This document shows, in pieces, positions 1-11,700 of a stretch of DNA of 64,000 nucleotides. The first letter of the stretch is position 1, and each line of letters begins with the position of its first letter. A program made the position numbers and the translations under genes. Location: the NCBI GenBank assembly GCA_052426225.1, contig JBNJNM010000011.1, positions 310,001 to 374,000 on the forward strand, read 5' to 3'. The notes beneath the pieces were generated by a model. It was not told the DNA's origin and did no database searches. It worked only from the letters and a program-made list of their open reading frames with translations. The DNA is from Zancudomyces culisetae HAW-14-8 (Eukaryota; Fungi; Kickxellomycota).

Positions 1-111
1 CATAGTAAACAATACTCGACGAAATTTAAGAATTGTGAATTGTGAAAATTGCGGATTTGTAAAAAAAATAAAGAAATAAGGAATAGCATCACAAGGTAGA
101 TACAAGCGAAC

Positions 112-1451
112 ATGGAGCAACTAAAGTTTACCGAGAAAAATAAATATGAAAAGGTGAGTTCAACTAATATAAATGGCCAAAGATTGATTGGGATTTGATG
201 GTAAATTTGGAAATGATAAAATAGGTCTTGGAATTTGCAGAATGTATAGAGCGAAATAACAAAAGCAAAAAGGCCGAACTAAGCAAGGATCAGCAACAAA
301 AGGCAGAGGAAAAGGAAAAGGAAAAGGAACAAGCGATCGGGACTGAGGATGTGAAAGAGATGATTGCAGCCGAGGACAACGAAAAAATAGGCGAATATAT
401 CGTGTCGAACCTTGCACAACTGATCCCAACAAATACACGGGAGAGAGAGATGGGTTTTAATCTGGGAGTGGTCGTGTTGATGAGTTTGTTTGATGAAAAG
501 AGTAGCGGAAATTGGCTGCGAAAGGTGGAACAGGTTATAGTTGACAGCGAGGAGCTTGTTGATGGAGCGGAGAAGGCCAAGCAACTCAATACATTGTGTG
601 GGCTGCTGGATGTAACCAGTGAGCAACGCCTACATGTGTTGAAGCGGGTTGTACAGGTATGCAAACACGACGGACTTGGTAGCGTTCTCGAACCAGCCAT
701 TCCAAATCAACTTTCCCAGGTTATCAGAAATGTTCAGCCACAAACTGCGCAGACAACAGCAACTGCTGTTATTTTGCTGACTGAATTGGCTGACTTGTAC
801 CTTGCTGATCCCGAAAAACAGGCTGTCGCATTTGAAGTTATGAAGCTTCGTTTGACCTATTTTGACGATAACGCAGATGCTGCTATTGATCTGATTGTTC
901 GTGCCATTAACCTGCCAAACTACTTTGCCTTCGACTCTCTTGCTTCCATTCCTGCCATCCACGCCCTTCCCAAATCATCCCCTGCTCTCGCTGTCCTCAA
1001 TCTCTTTATTGCTGGCGACTACGCAGCCTACTCCAGCTCTTCCCTTGCTGCCCTCTCCCCATTAATTAATATTCAAACCGCTCAAACCAAACTACGTTTA
1101 ATTGCCATTTCTGTCTATGGCTCTGAACACATTGCCTCCTCTATTCCACTTGCCTCCATCGCCTCTCTCATTGATGTTCCTTCCGAACAAGTTGAGCTAT
1201 GGATTATCGATTCTATCCGTCTTGGTCTTATCAATGCCAAAATTGACCAGCTTTCCAACTCTGTTGTCATTACAAAGACTTCTTTTGCCTCCTTTGGTCT
1301 GCCCCAATGGCGCTTGCTGTCTTCTCTGCTGTCATCCTGGGAATCATCTCTTTCCCAGCTGCTCCCCACTATCACCAACGCAAAGCTCGCCGCTAAGCTC
1401 TCCGCTTCCAACGAAGGCGCTGCTGTAGTCGAGATTTCTTCCAAAAAATAA
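112..1451 (+). CDS. EIF3M: eukaryotic translation initiation factor 3 subunit M (PCI domain); exons 112-153, 225-1451
   Basis: ATG at 112; gtgagt...tag intron 154-224 keeps frame with the long ORF. C-terminal PCI motif KLRLIAI...IASLIDVPSEQVELWIIDSIRLGLINAKIDQ...FGLPQW. Confidence 0.85.
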
Positions 1452-1677
1452 GTTATCTCCACTTTTTGTATTTGTTTATTACATTTACACTTTTCCTTTG
1501 ATTGATTTTTATAAATTACTCCGCTTTTTTTTTCTTTCCCATTTATTTTAACATACACTTCTATCTTTTGTTTAAAGTATCCAGATTCTTTTTAATTTAA
1601 TCCATTGATATTTGCTCTATTGCTTTTCAACTCCATCTTATCCAATTCTATCTGATAGCTTTTTTTTTTTTGCTAGA

Positions 1678-1728
1678 CTCCTCCTTTCCCCCCTTTCCCC
1701 CCTTTCCTCCCCCTCCACCCCTCCCCCT
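1678..1728. repeat. C/T-rich polypyrimidine tract, (CCCCCTTT)-like
   Basis: ctcctcctttccccctttccccctttcctccccctccacccctccccc is visible directly in the sequence. Confidence 0.7.
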
Positions 1729-2621
1729 TTTTTTCTATTGCATTATTTTATCCACTTTGGATTTACAAGATAGATTTATTCTTCTTTGACTCATGCTATT
1801 TCTAGAATCCCTCCATCCCTAATTATTCTCGCTTTTGTCAACCTACCTCCACCAAACCAATATATTATATTTTTCTTGATATCTTATTTTATGACTATGG
1901 TCACAATTCATAACCTAGCCCTGACCAGAATTTCAAAATTAACACAAATAGACTTGTCTTTAATACTAGCGTTTCCCGATACCTTCCCAATTTACCCATT
2001 CTCGCCTTTAATCATCCTATTACTCCTTATACTTTTTTTTCTGGGTTTCTTTCTCGACTATTTCTATTTTATCTCCTGCTATAATACTAGAATTTAATAG
2101 AACTATCAGCCCCCTTTATTAATATACTTGCCTTTAATTGTATCCTCACTATAAAAAAAACCTGCTTTGAGCTAGTGCTTTTTCACCATTTATATACACT
2201 GCCCTTCCCACCAGTACTCAACATTTTTCTACATAAAAAGAAACTTTCTTTAATTCACAAAATATAGGTGTGATACTACTAACCCATTAGACCATTAGTC
2301 TTGTAAATATTATTACTGTATATACGACTATTAACTAAAAGGTTAAAACTAGAGATTAATTTTTTTTAGAAACCGACTAAAGTATAACACAAAACAGGTT
2401 CAAACCGTCTCGAATTAGCCTTACCACCACTACCTTTTCAGCTGAGACTATTTAAACGATAAACTTACAGTGATATTTTTTTTGTAAATAGAGTAAGCAT
2501 CAAGTCATATTTCGGTCATACATGCCATCATATATCCAGATATACATACCTTTACTTGCTATTTGAACTTTATTTATTAAACAAAATAATTATTATCTTT
2601 ACTACAGAAAAGAAAAAAACT

Positions 2622-5600
2622 ATGGCGATCTTTAACAGCGCTTGTAAAAAAGTTGTGTTTGCCCAACTGGCATTATGGCTTATTTTATCAACAAATGCAG
2701 CACCAATAAACTTTGATAATGGGGCGTCTACTACAAGCCCAATGTCGGATAATAAGTTTGATAGCGTCCTAAAGTCTAATACCAATACCAATACCAATAC
2801 CAATACCAATACAAGTACCAGCATGAGTACCAGTATCATTACCAGTACCTATACTAGTATAAATGTTGGACATACAGTTGGTGTCAGCGCGGTAAATGGT
2901 ATTACCGCTAATCCAAGCAAAAATAATTCAAAAAATGTAGATAATGTAAAGCGTACCAAAATAGCAAGAAGCACAAAAGTTAAACTAGAAACCGCAATAT
3001 CAATAGCAACGGCAACAGAAACACAGACTGCAATAAAAGTAGTAGTGGTACATCCATCTATAGTTGGTGTAAACACAGCTACCGCTTCAGTGAATCAGCG
3101 TAAATATCAAAAAGAACGACTGTTAAAAGCACAACAGGAACAGGAACAGCAACAAAAACAGTCTACTGTTTCTGTTCCACCCACGGTACCCACACTCTCT
3201 GAGACCGAGTCAATATCAGGTGCTGTGCGTGAGATTTTCTCCTCAATAAATACAAACGATCCAACCTTTCAGCTCACAAAGGTCAAGTTCTACAATTATG
3301 TACAGCCACAAGATTTTATTCCTTCATATTCTTCAATCTTCACTAACCCAGTTGTTTCGCCATCCATACCTCCAAAAAATGAGATTTCTGATGAGACCAC
3401 CACTATCAATTCTATTGATAATGTGACAGATTTGGGAATTGTAGACAAAGCTAATAGTAAAGTGCGTGATATTAGCGACAATAGCATCTCAACACCTGTA
3501 CTACTGGAAAATCTCAACCCAACAACTACAACCAACCTTCCGCACTTAAACGTTCGCAAGATGGCTCCGGAAACTTTCAATACCAATGATCTTTTATTTA
3601 GAGCTACAAAGGTCGAATTTAAGACCGATGTACCCATGGAGCAATTCTTAGATCAAAGTTTACGTGATAAGGTACAAAAATTGCTTGCAACCAGGGCCAA
3701 TGGAGATACACGAGTACTTTCTTCAAAAGTTAGGGATATTGCTAATGAAAAAGCCCTACCGTCTCTCGGTATAGAAATTCTACCTAATGCATCACCGGTT
3801 GATCAACGACTTGTTACCATTGTAGAACAGCCTATTCCTTCTCAAACAGTTGTTGTGCTCTCGGTTCCCACAGTCATTTCACCACCCGTAACTCTAAGTA
3901 CAGTTCAATTCGGTGGGCCTATTTCAATTCCTGTACCCAATAACAACCCGGCACTTTTGAGTTCGTTGTTGGATCAAGTGTCGAAACTGGATAGCAACTT
4001 TGGCACAATTTCAAACTCTGTACAAGCGGGAAACCTAAATACTGTGGGTGGAGGAAGTGGTAGCACTGCTACAGTAGATATCACAATAACCACCACTATG
4101 GCTGGAGCTAGTACAACATTCTCTGAAACCGGCGTTGTTGGAAATGAAGTTAACGAAACCACATCTGCCATACCTACAATGCTCACTACAAGTACTATTC
4201 CGTTTGTATCAGTAGTTGGTGGAACGTCGGTTTCTGCATCCAACGCCGCTAGCACTATTTTTAAAACAGAGACAGTCATAGAGACAGTCACAGTAACCTC
4301 TATGCTAACTAGCAATACGCAGTCAAACGCACAGGGCGTGCCTCTGGAATCTTTGATTCAATCCTCATTTGGCTCTGCATCAGGAGCGGTAAGCGCATCT
4401 GTCACAAATATAATCAACACCATTAATTTGGAGAGCGCTTTTCCAGCAACGTTAAACACTCAGTTTATCAATATTAACGGGCAGTCTTCACAGGTCACAC
4501 AAGCGCCAACTGTGTCAGCCCCACTATCAACCGAAATACCGCTAGGAGGGAATGAGGTAAATACACAAGAAACTGGAGGTACAACAGCAAATGAAAGCAC
4601 GTCTATGAGTTCTGTTCTTTTTTCTACAACGCCAGAGGCTGCAGAGCCATCAGTAGCTATACCAACCGCAAGTGAAGTGATACCCCCGCAGGAAGGAACA
4701 GAGTTGGTGCCAAATAATAGTTCTGAAAGTTTAACAATAAACACACAACAAGCGTCTGAAGAAACAAGCAATTTTGTTACTCAGAGTAGCGAAATGAGCA
4801 CAGAGGCAGCTCTTGAACCTGCCGTCGAATCTCCCGCTGAATCTACAGAAAATATTGCTGCAGAAACTACGCTAGAAAGTACAAGCAATGGCGAGGTGTC
4901 TCTAGAATCTATTGATTCTGTTGCAGAACAGCTCGATACTGCCCTTGATCTTCTTGAGGTCTCTGCAGTGGAGACGGTAGATACAACCAGCGAACGCTCA
5001 CTAAATGTTGCAATGCCATATGGTGCATCAACCCTTGTAGCCACTCAAACAAAGGTAAACTACTATTTACAACAAACTCTACCAATTTTGCAGGTAATCC
5101 AAAATCCGGTAACTACAGTTAGCAAAATGGTAGTTTCGCGAGAGTTACAGATGGTCACACAACCGCCTGTAACAAAAACCGAAACCGAAACCAAAACCAA
5201 AACCAGAACTGTTACTAGTGTTTCAGTTTCTAAAGAATTAATATATGTTCCCCCATCTACCACATCTACAACTGTCTATTTACCAACCACAAAAACTACA
5301 ACCAACGTTCGCATCTCTCGCGAACTCATTATTCCGTCTACGCCGACAGTATACATAGAAAAAGTTACAACTGTTACCAGGGTACGGGTTTCTCGTGAAC
5401 TAATTGTGCCATCCACACCCACCGTTTATTTAGAAAAAACCACAACAAGTAACAATACCATCACTTCTGTTGCTACCCAAACTGCAATATTAGTAACTAC
5501 AGTAACCACTAGTGCAAGTATACCTCCACAAACAGCAACAATAAATGTTTCTATAGTTGTTTCCGAAATACGTCCAAGTGTAACACCAATGCTTATCACC

Positions 5601-6095
5601 ACACAACGCTCGCTGATTGCAGTAAATACCCCCACAGCCACTACAATGTATGTCAGCAAAGAAGAATATGAATCCGCTGGAGCTCGTTTCGCTACAATCT
5701 CCAATACAATGATCACTAATGTTGGTCAGTTTACACAGCGACAGCTAGACATACAAACTTTAACAGCCCTCCAAGCACAAGAGATATTGGCCACTCGTGA
5801 GTTGAAAGATAGAGTTGATTGGTATACTAGTAGCAGTGGTAGTAATAGCAACAGCGGAAGCGCCAAAGAAAATTCCAGAGGTGATGGGGGTGGGGAACAG
5901 CAAAATGACATTATTCCGCCGGTAAGCACAATTGATCCAAAACCAATTAGCATTGATTTTTTTCCAAACGAACCGCACTCGTTGAAGGAACGCAAGCTAA
6001 AAGTCATGGTGCCAGATAGTACTGCCACGTCTGTAGACTTGGATGCATATTATAAAACAAAGTTCAAACGAGTTTATTCATTGAGTAGTTATTGA
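2622..6095 (+). CDS. large secreted Ser/Thr/Val-rich mucin/adhesin-like protein
   Basis: Likely start is the ATG at 2622, giving signal peptide MAIFNSACKKVVFAQLALWLILSTNA|AP. Extreme T/S/V/E bias, (NT)n tract and internal [VI]S[RK]EL repeats. Possible 5'UTR intron 2493-2607 (gtaagc...tacag). Confidence 0.75.
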   Translation: MAIFNSACKKVVFAQLALWLILSTNAAPINFDNGASTTSPMSDNKFDSVLKSNTNTNTNTNTNTSTSMSTSIITSTYTSINVGHTVGVSAVNGITANPSKNNSKNVDNVKRTKIARSTKVKLETAISIATATETQTAIKVVVVHPSIVGVNTATASVNQRKYQKERLLKAQQEQEQQQKQSTVSVPPTVPTLSETESISGAVREIFSSINTNDPTFQLTKVKFYNYVQPQDFIPSYSSIFTNPVVSPSIPPKNEISDETTTINSIDNVTDLGIVDKANSKVRDISDNSISTPVLLENLNPTTTTNLPHLNVRKMAPETFNTNDLLFRATKVEFKTDVPMEQFLDQSLRDKVQKLLATRANGDTRVLSSKVRDIANEKALPSLGIEILPNASPVDQRLVTIVEQPIPSQTVVVLSVPTVISPPVTLSTVQFGGPISIPVPNNNPALLSSLLDQVSKLDSNFGTISNSVQAGNLNTVGGGSGSTATVDITITTTMAGASTTFSETGVVGNEVNETTSAIPTMLTTSTIPFVSVVGGTSVSASNAASTIFKTETVIETVTVTSMLTSNTQSNAQGVPLESLIQSSFGSASGAVSASVTNIINTINLESAFPATLNTQFININGQSSQVTQAPTVSAPLSTEIPLGGNEVNTQETGGTTANESTSMSSVLFSTTPEAAEPSVAIPTASEVIPPQEGTELVPNNSSESLTINTQQASEETSNFVTQSSEMSTEAALEPAVESPAESTENIAAETTLESTSNGEVSLESIDSVAEQLDTALDLLEVSAVETVDTTSERSLNVAMPYGASTLVATQTKVNYYLQQTLPILQVIQNPVTTVSKMVVSRELQMVTQPPVTKTETETKTKTRTVTSVSVSKELIYVPPSTTSTTVYLPTTKTTTNVRISRELIIPSTPTVYIEKVTTVTRVRVSRELIVPSTPTVYLEKTTTSNNTITSVATQTAILVTTVTTSASIPPQTATINVSIVVSEIRPSVTPMLITTQRSLIAVNTPTATTMYVSKEEYESAGARFATISNTMITNVGQFTQRQLDIQTLTALQAQEILATRELKDRVDWYTSSSGSNSNSGSAKENSRGDGGGEQQNDIIPPVSTIDPKPISIDFFPNEPHSLKERKLKVMVPDSTATSVDLDAYYKTKFKRVYSLSSY

Positions 6096-6386
6096 CAGTA
6101 GCATTTGTAGTGTTTTTTGTGTTTAGTCTTCAGTTTTTTAATTCGCTCTCAAATTATAAACATAGTTGATTGTGTGTAGTATCTGATATATAAAAACAAA
6201 GATATTTCATTGGTACAGTATAGAAATAACACATAAAACGCTCGCCTCCATCATCCTCACCAAGCTTTAGCGTTTTCTGTGGGTAAACTGAAATTACAAT
6301 CTGTATTTTTTATCAAGGCTAGCTATTTATTTTTAAATCACAATAAAAGAAAGGGATTAAATCCCCAGAATGAATACAAAAAAATA

Positions 6387-7710
6387 CTACAATAAATCAT
6401 CATCATTATCAATGTTTAGATTGGGAACGTGTGCAGTGGCGTGAGAAGAATCAGGATGGTGGTCCATACCCCCCGGTGAACCGGAAATGGCTGTTGCTGG
6501 GCCAGTGGTTCCTGGAGTAACACTTACAGGGTTGGCAGATGTGGCGGAGTTGGCTCCAGGAACCAAAAGAGAGTAGGCAACCCTCCTAAACGAAGAGTGT
6601 AGATCGTTTAGAGAGCGATTCTTAATGGCACTGTTTAACAGATTTTGATCATAGGATTTGTAAGCCTCGAGAAGTTGATGAGAGGCGTTGTATTCATCAG
6701 AGCGGGTAAATAGCGGGTCTTCTGCAGCAAACACATCGAATTGTTTGGTGGCCTCAACCTCATCTCCAAAAGCCAGCAAAAGTATAATGGTAGCCAAAAA
6801 GCAGCGACCAACTTCTACATGATTATTGATTTTGGAACATAAACTCGCAAGGCGGTGAAGCAGCTGAATGGCTTCTGTATACCTTTTTTTCTCCGCCAAG
6901 AACGAGGTCGCATTTTTGAATGTCTGGAGCGCAAAGCGGTTTTTGTTTTCAGTTTCGTATATGGAGATTACATTGAGGTACAGCTGATATGCCCGCTCTA
7001 CATCAATTGATTCGCTTAGCTTGGCAGCCTTTTCCATGAGCTCAGCCGAGCGCTCTGGCATGTTTCCTATCGCCATATACAAATCTGATGCAGTTTGATA
7101 TTTTGCAATTGCATAATCCACATTGTTAAGCTTTTTCTCAGATATTTGAGCCGCAGATTCGAGTGCTTTAGCCGCAAAGTAAAATCTAGAACACAAAAAT
7201 TACATGTACAAGCTTATGTTTTTTCTGACTTTAATTCAAGTATATTTCTTAAAGTAGTGCAGTATAACAGCAGTTAGTAGCAGGAAAACTTACGAAGATA
7301 CTTTGTTAAACGCATTTGATGATTCCTCAAAGCAGACTATTGCCTCCTCATACTTTCCCAATGCCTGGTAAGCCGTACCTATTGTATAAGTATATACGTA
7401 CTTTTTAATAGATCCTAGTACTGGTCAGCTGCATGTGTCGGGAATGGCCATACTTGACGTATATTAACTATAATGCTTACCAGCTTTGGAATAATACTGC
7501 CCAGCTATGTCCCACTCAGGCTTTGTGAAAAATCCTTTTTTAGTTCTATAGCATATCCGTTAAATTTGTTTTTGTTAGTACCGTAGATATAGCTATAATA
7601 TCTTTACCTATATGTACCTATATATATAACCCTTCAAGAGTATACAGAGATAAAAAGAATTACGCCTTTTTGGCCTGTTTTAAATAGTCGTCAGCAACCG
7701 AAGAATTCAT
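6387..7710 (-). CDS. NAPG: gamma-soluble NSF attachment protein; exons 7710-7664, 7545-7481, 7378-7294, 7185-6387
   Basis: Spliced N-terminus MNSSVADDYLKQAKKATKKGFFTKPEWDIAGQYYSKAG...SFYFAAKALESAA matches the gamma-SNAP KP(D/E)WD and AAKA motifs. SNAP helical repeats and acidic tail (DDDLL). All introns are GT-AG and in frame. Confidence 0.85.
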
Positions 7711-8746
7711 TTTGACTTTTTAATTGATGCCACGCTGATTCTTGCGTACTTTTATCTTTTTTTTAAAAAAAACCTTTGTTTATGTAGAATTAAATATATA
7801 CATATATATAGATAAGAATATTTTTTCAATATATGTATATTCTTGTAATTTCGACTCTTTGTTTGCTAAGTTTTGAAAATTTGGTATACTGTGCGAATAA
7901 GAACGTTTTCCTTTTAAGGCTTAAACGTGAGATTTAAATCCCCGAATTACCTTTTAAAATAGATTTTTCGCAAAATCATAAATCATATGAACAGAAAACC
8001 CGTGCTAATTTCTCAAGATATCATTTTTTGCATTAATTACACAGCCAAATGGATAACGAATTCCCAATGTTCAGTTCAGAGGTTGCATGTACTCACTCTA
8101 TTTTTTCATCAAGTAAGCATACGGAAAAGAAAGTATCTAAACTGTAGAACAAGGTGTACATTTAGTAAATGTGTACATACATGAATTCAAAAAAAAAAAT
8201 ACAAAAAAACAAAAAAGTAAAAACACAGAGGTTATAAGAATGTGATGTGAAACAATTTCCATAGAATCGTTTATCAAATGACTACAACATACAATTTTGG
8301 GGAGTCTCGGAGCTACCAAACATAAAGTGCAATGACCTAGTATGGTAACCAGCGAAGGTTAGCTATTATTGTTTTTGGCTTGCAATGCGTTGAGTAGAAA
8401 TTGAATACCAGTGTGCTAAAGATACAAAAACTCGTATTATGATATTGTTGTGTGGGCAAGCTATAGCGTCTCCTAATCCATCTTACGGACACCCAAATAC
8501 AACCCATTTAGTAACAGGGGTGGCATTAAAAACACCAAAACAACAACATTAATCTCCACAATAATGGTAGCAAAGACACCAGGAGCAGAATCATACTAAA
8601 ATCTATGCACCAATCCAATTCGCTGTCCAAATTCCCGTTTATTTACTAAGCCCAGGAATTCAAGTAAATAAATTAAGGAAATTGTAGCGAGATATCTGAA
8701 AAAAGTTAACAATTCATAATAGAATTAAAAAAAAAGGTTCAGGTGC

Positions 8747-11700
8747 ATGAAAAGGGATACTGGGGATGCTAAAATGGAAGGCGGAATTAGCGAACTGAGA
8801 AAAATAACAGCTGAACTCCAACAGGAAAACATCAAAACCAACTACCAAATAGCGGAAATCTTGGGTACCAGCTTGTGTGATTCGCAACAAAGTGGAAAGG
8901 AAGCGGAAGACGATAATACAAAAGGGGATAATGGTACAAATTTACATGGGAATTTTACTTTTGAAAGGATTACAGAGTATAAAAGAAGGATATTTGACGA
9001 TTTTGCGGCGAATACATCGGGCTTTTCGCGCAAGAGTAACGATGGTGTTATGAAATCATATGAGGAGGATGTACATGCGCTGGATGTATTATATAAAGAC
9101 AGGATTTGCAGCATAGGGAATAGACTAGTGACTAGAGGATATGATGAAAGCAAACTTTTATTGAGCGCGAAAAGTGACATTCTAAGAGTGGAAAGACATA
9201 TTTTAAAACAAGCTAAAGAGAAAAGTAGAGACAATGGGAAATGCACTGAATTGATGGAAGAAAACAAAAGAGTATTGGAGGATTTAGATATTGTGTGGAA
9301 CAACAAAGTTTGTGGTCTTGTTTTGAGAATGTCTGAGCTCGAGACTATGGAAAAAATATACTCAAGTAAATTGGAGGCAGCAGGAAATAACGGGAAAATC
9401 GAAAAGCGAGGTGGAATTAGATACCTTTGGGATATTATTATGTATCCATTTGGATCGTATAATCAAAAAGGTGTTTCAAGAAGCATAATGGATATAGATG
9501 GCGTAGATAAACAAAGCGAAAGCGAAATAATAGAGGGTATGTATGAGATAATAAAGGGTGTAAAAAACCTGGTTATAGTAGAAACAAGGAATGAGCCAGG
9601 TATTGCGAACCAGAGTGCTGGGCAGGGCATGTCTAACGAGTTGGATATTCTTCGGCATTTTAAAAATTTGGAATATCTGTTACTAGAAAATGTGGAAATA
9701 AGTAGATTAAAAGGTATAGACGAGGTATTAGGGAGAAAAGATAAGAACCCGAAGAGTTTAGTAATTAGGACATACTCCGAAAATCAGGAACATATGGTAC
9801 GAAGATATTTGGCTAAGGCAAATATAGAAGGACTGATGCTTTTGGATGTAAATGTGGATGTACGATCAGAGATAATGCAGCTCAGGAAAGAGAGGATGGG
9901 GGCATATTTTGGAATACCGAAGCTAAGTATGCAGTTTTGTGGGATAAAAATGTACAAAGCGAGTCTCACACACGAGTTATCTGTAGTGCCAAATACTGTA
10001 TCTGATTCTGGAACAAAGGGGATGTTAGCGGTAACGGTAACAGATTCTATTTTAACACACGTTACTGAAGTGGCACAAGAGGTAGATGTGAGTTTTAACA
10101 ATATAGAATTACTTGAGCTGGATCCAAGGAGTAAAACGCGCAAAATAATAGCGAGGTTTAATAGATTGGAAGAAATTACAGTAAATGGAAGTTTGATGGA
10201 AAAAAATAGCGCATTGGAATACTTGAATATTCAAAACAACCAAGATGTGGTTATACATGTAGAATCGCTAGTAAAGGCGATAAAGCGGATGAAGAGGATC
10301 AAAGAGATCTATATCGATGAAAATAAGAGGGATATTGAGGCCACAAGAGGTGATAAGGGTGTGTGTGACAGGAACTGGAAACACAAGATATACGAAGTAG
10401 TGGAGGGAATTAAAATCAATGGACAGAGGTTCAAAGGTAGTATGCAAAGCCAAATGGTTAGTTCTAAGATTAAGGCTAAAAGTAGGCCAAAGGTTGCTTC
10501 AAAGTCAAAAACCAAACTTGGAAAACAGCTGGTACCAAAGAATTTGCAAATCGAAAAAAATAAAGAACTTGGTGGCAGAGGTAGTATTGAGGAACATTCT
10601 AAAACCGACAGTAATAGTGGTAGGGGCGAGGCTAAAAGAGTAGAAACCCAAGAACTTGACATGGGAAGGGAGTTGAGGGAGAAGTTGGAGACTATTAAAA
10701 GGGAAATGGGTAGTAGGTGGTTACAGGTGTATATAAAACCGCGAGATGGTGATGGCAAAGACACTATTAGCGAGGGAGAAGGTGGGTGCTCTGGAGAGGG
10801 TTTGGAGACAAAAATTCCCGAGTATATATTTCCAGAACTAGCAAATAGGAGAGTATACCAGGGATATGAGGAGCTGATGTCAACTCCAAAGAATGAAGGG
10901 AGCGAAGTTAGAGAAGGGGAGGAACAAAAAACTGATCCAGGGATTGAAATGGAGGAATTAGAGGAGTGTAATGCGAGCACAACGGTGGAAGTGGACGTTG
11001 AGCAACGGGCTGATTCCCAAAACGAGGAAATCGAAAAAAAGACGAAATATAGCGTGACAGAGTACTATTTAGTGGATTTGATTTCAGAAAGCCGAAAGAA
11101 GGAGATTGGGCAAATTGAACTTTCCAGTAGCGCGACAGTTGAATATAATGATGGATTTATCCGACTATACGAAGAGTACGAGGGTAAAGAAAGGCGACTG
11201 ATAAAAGAAATAGATTGTAGACAAATAAAGCGAGTGAAAAGAATGATAGAGAACGGAAGACATGGGATATTAATGGAGTATAAAAGTGTACGGGAGAAAA
11301 GTGGTACTGAGTTTGATGGAAATGGGAATAGCGGGACTGGGGAGGTTAAAAGTAGTAGAAATACAAATAAATGGATTGCAGTACACAGCAGTGACAATAT
11401 TGACAATAGTGAGTGGGTGAGTGAGTTGGGGGAGGGAAAAGAGGATGATGAAAAGTATGTCAAAAAATGTCTGCGATGTGGGAATATTGCGGTAAAAAGT
11501 CAGGATGATGGGGTGGTGTTTTTCAAGATTCTGGATAATTCCAAATATGTAGAAGTTGAGCATTCTGATCAGTGCAGTGAATGTCAGGGCGACTATTTGA
11601 TTATTCAGGCGACAAAGGAGTATTATTCTAATATCGATATTTTTCAACAACCTGCAGATACGAATAGAAATGAAGAAGAGAATAAGAAGGGGGAAAGGAA

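Noticed and set aside
2570-6028. Series of antisense ORFs over the mucin-like gene (also over the LRR, YAK1, ABCC and iPGM genes)
   Set aside because: Shadow ORFs caused by codon bias and low-complexity repeats in the real CDS.
6172-6186. gtgtagtatctg resembles the U2 snRNA branch-point recognition sequence
   Set aside because: Flanks lack U2 stem I (ggccttttggctaagatca) and downstream conserved sequence, and it lies in a 3'UTR; chance match.
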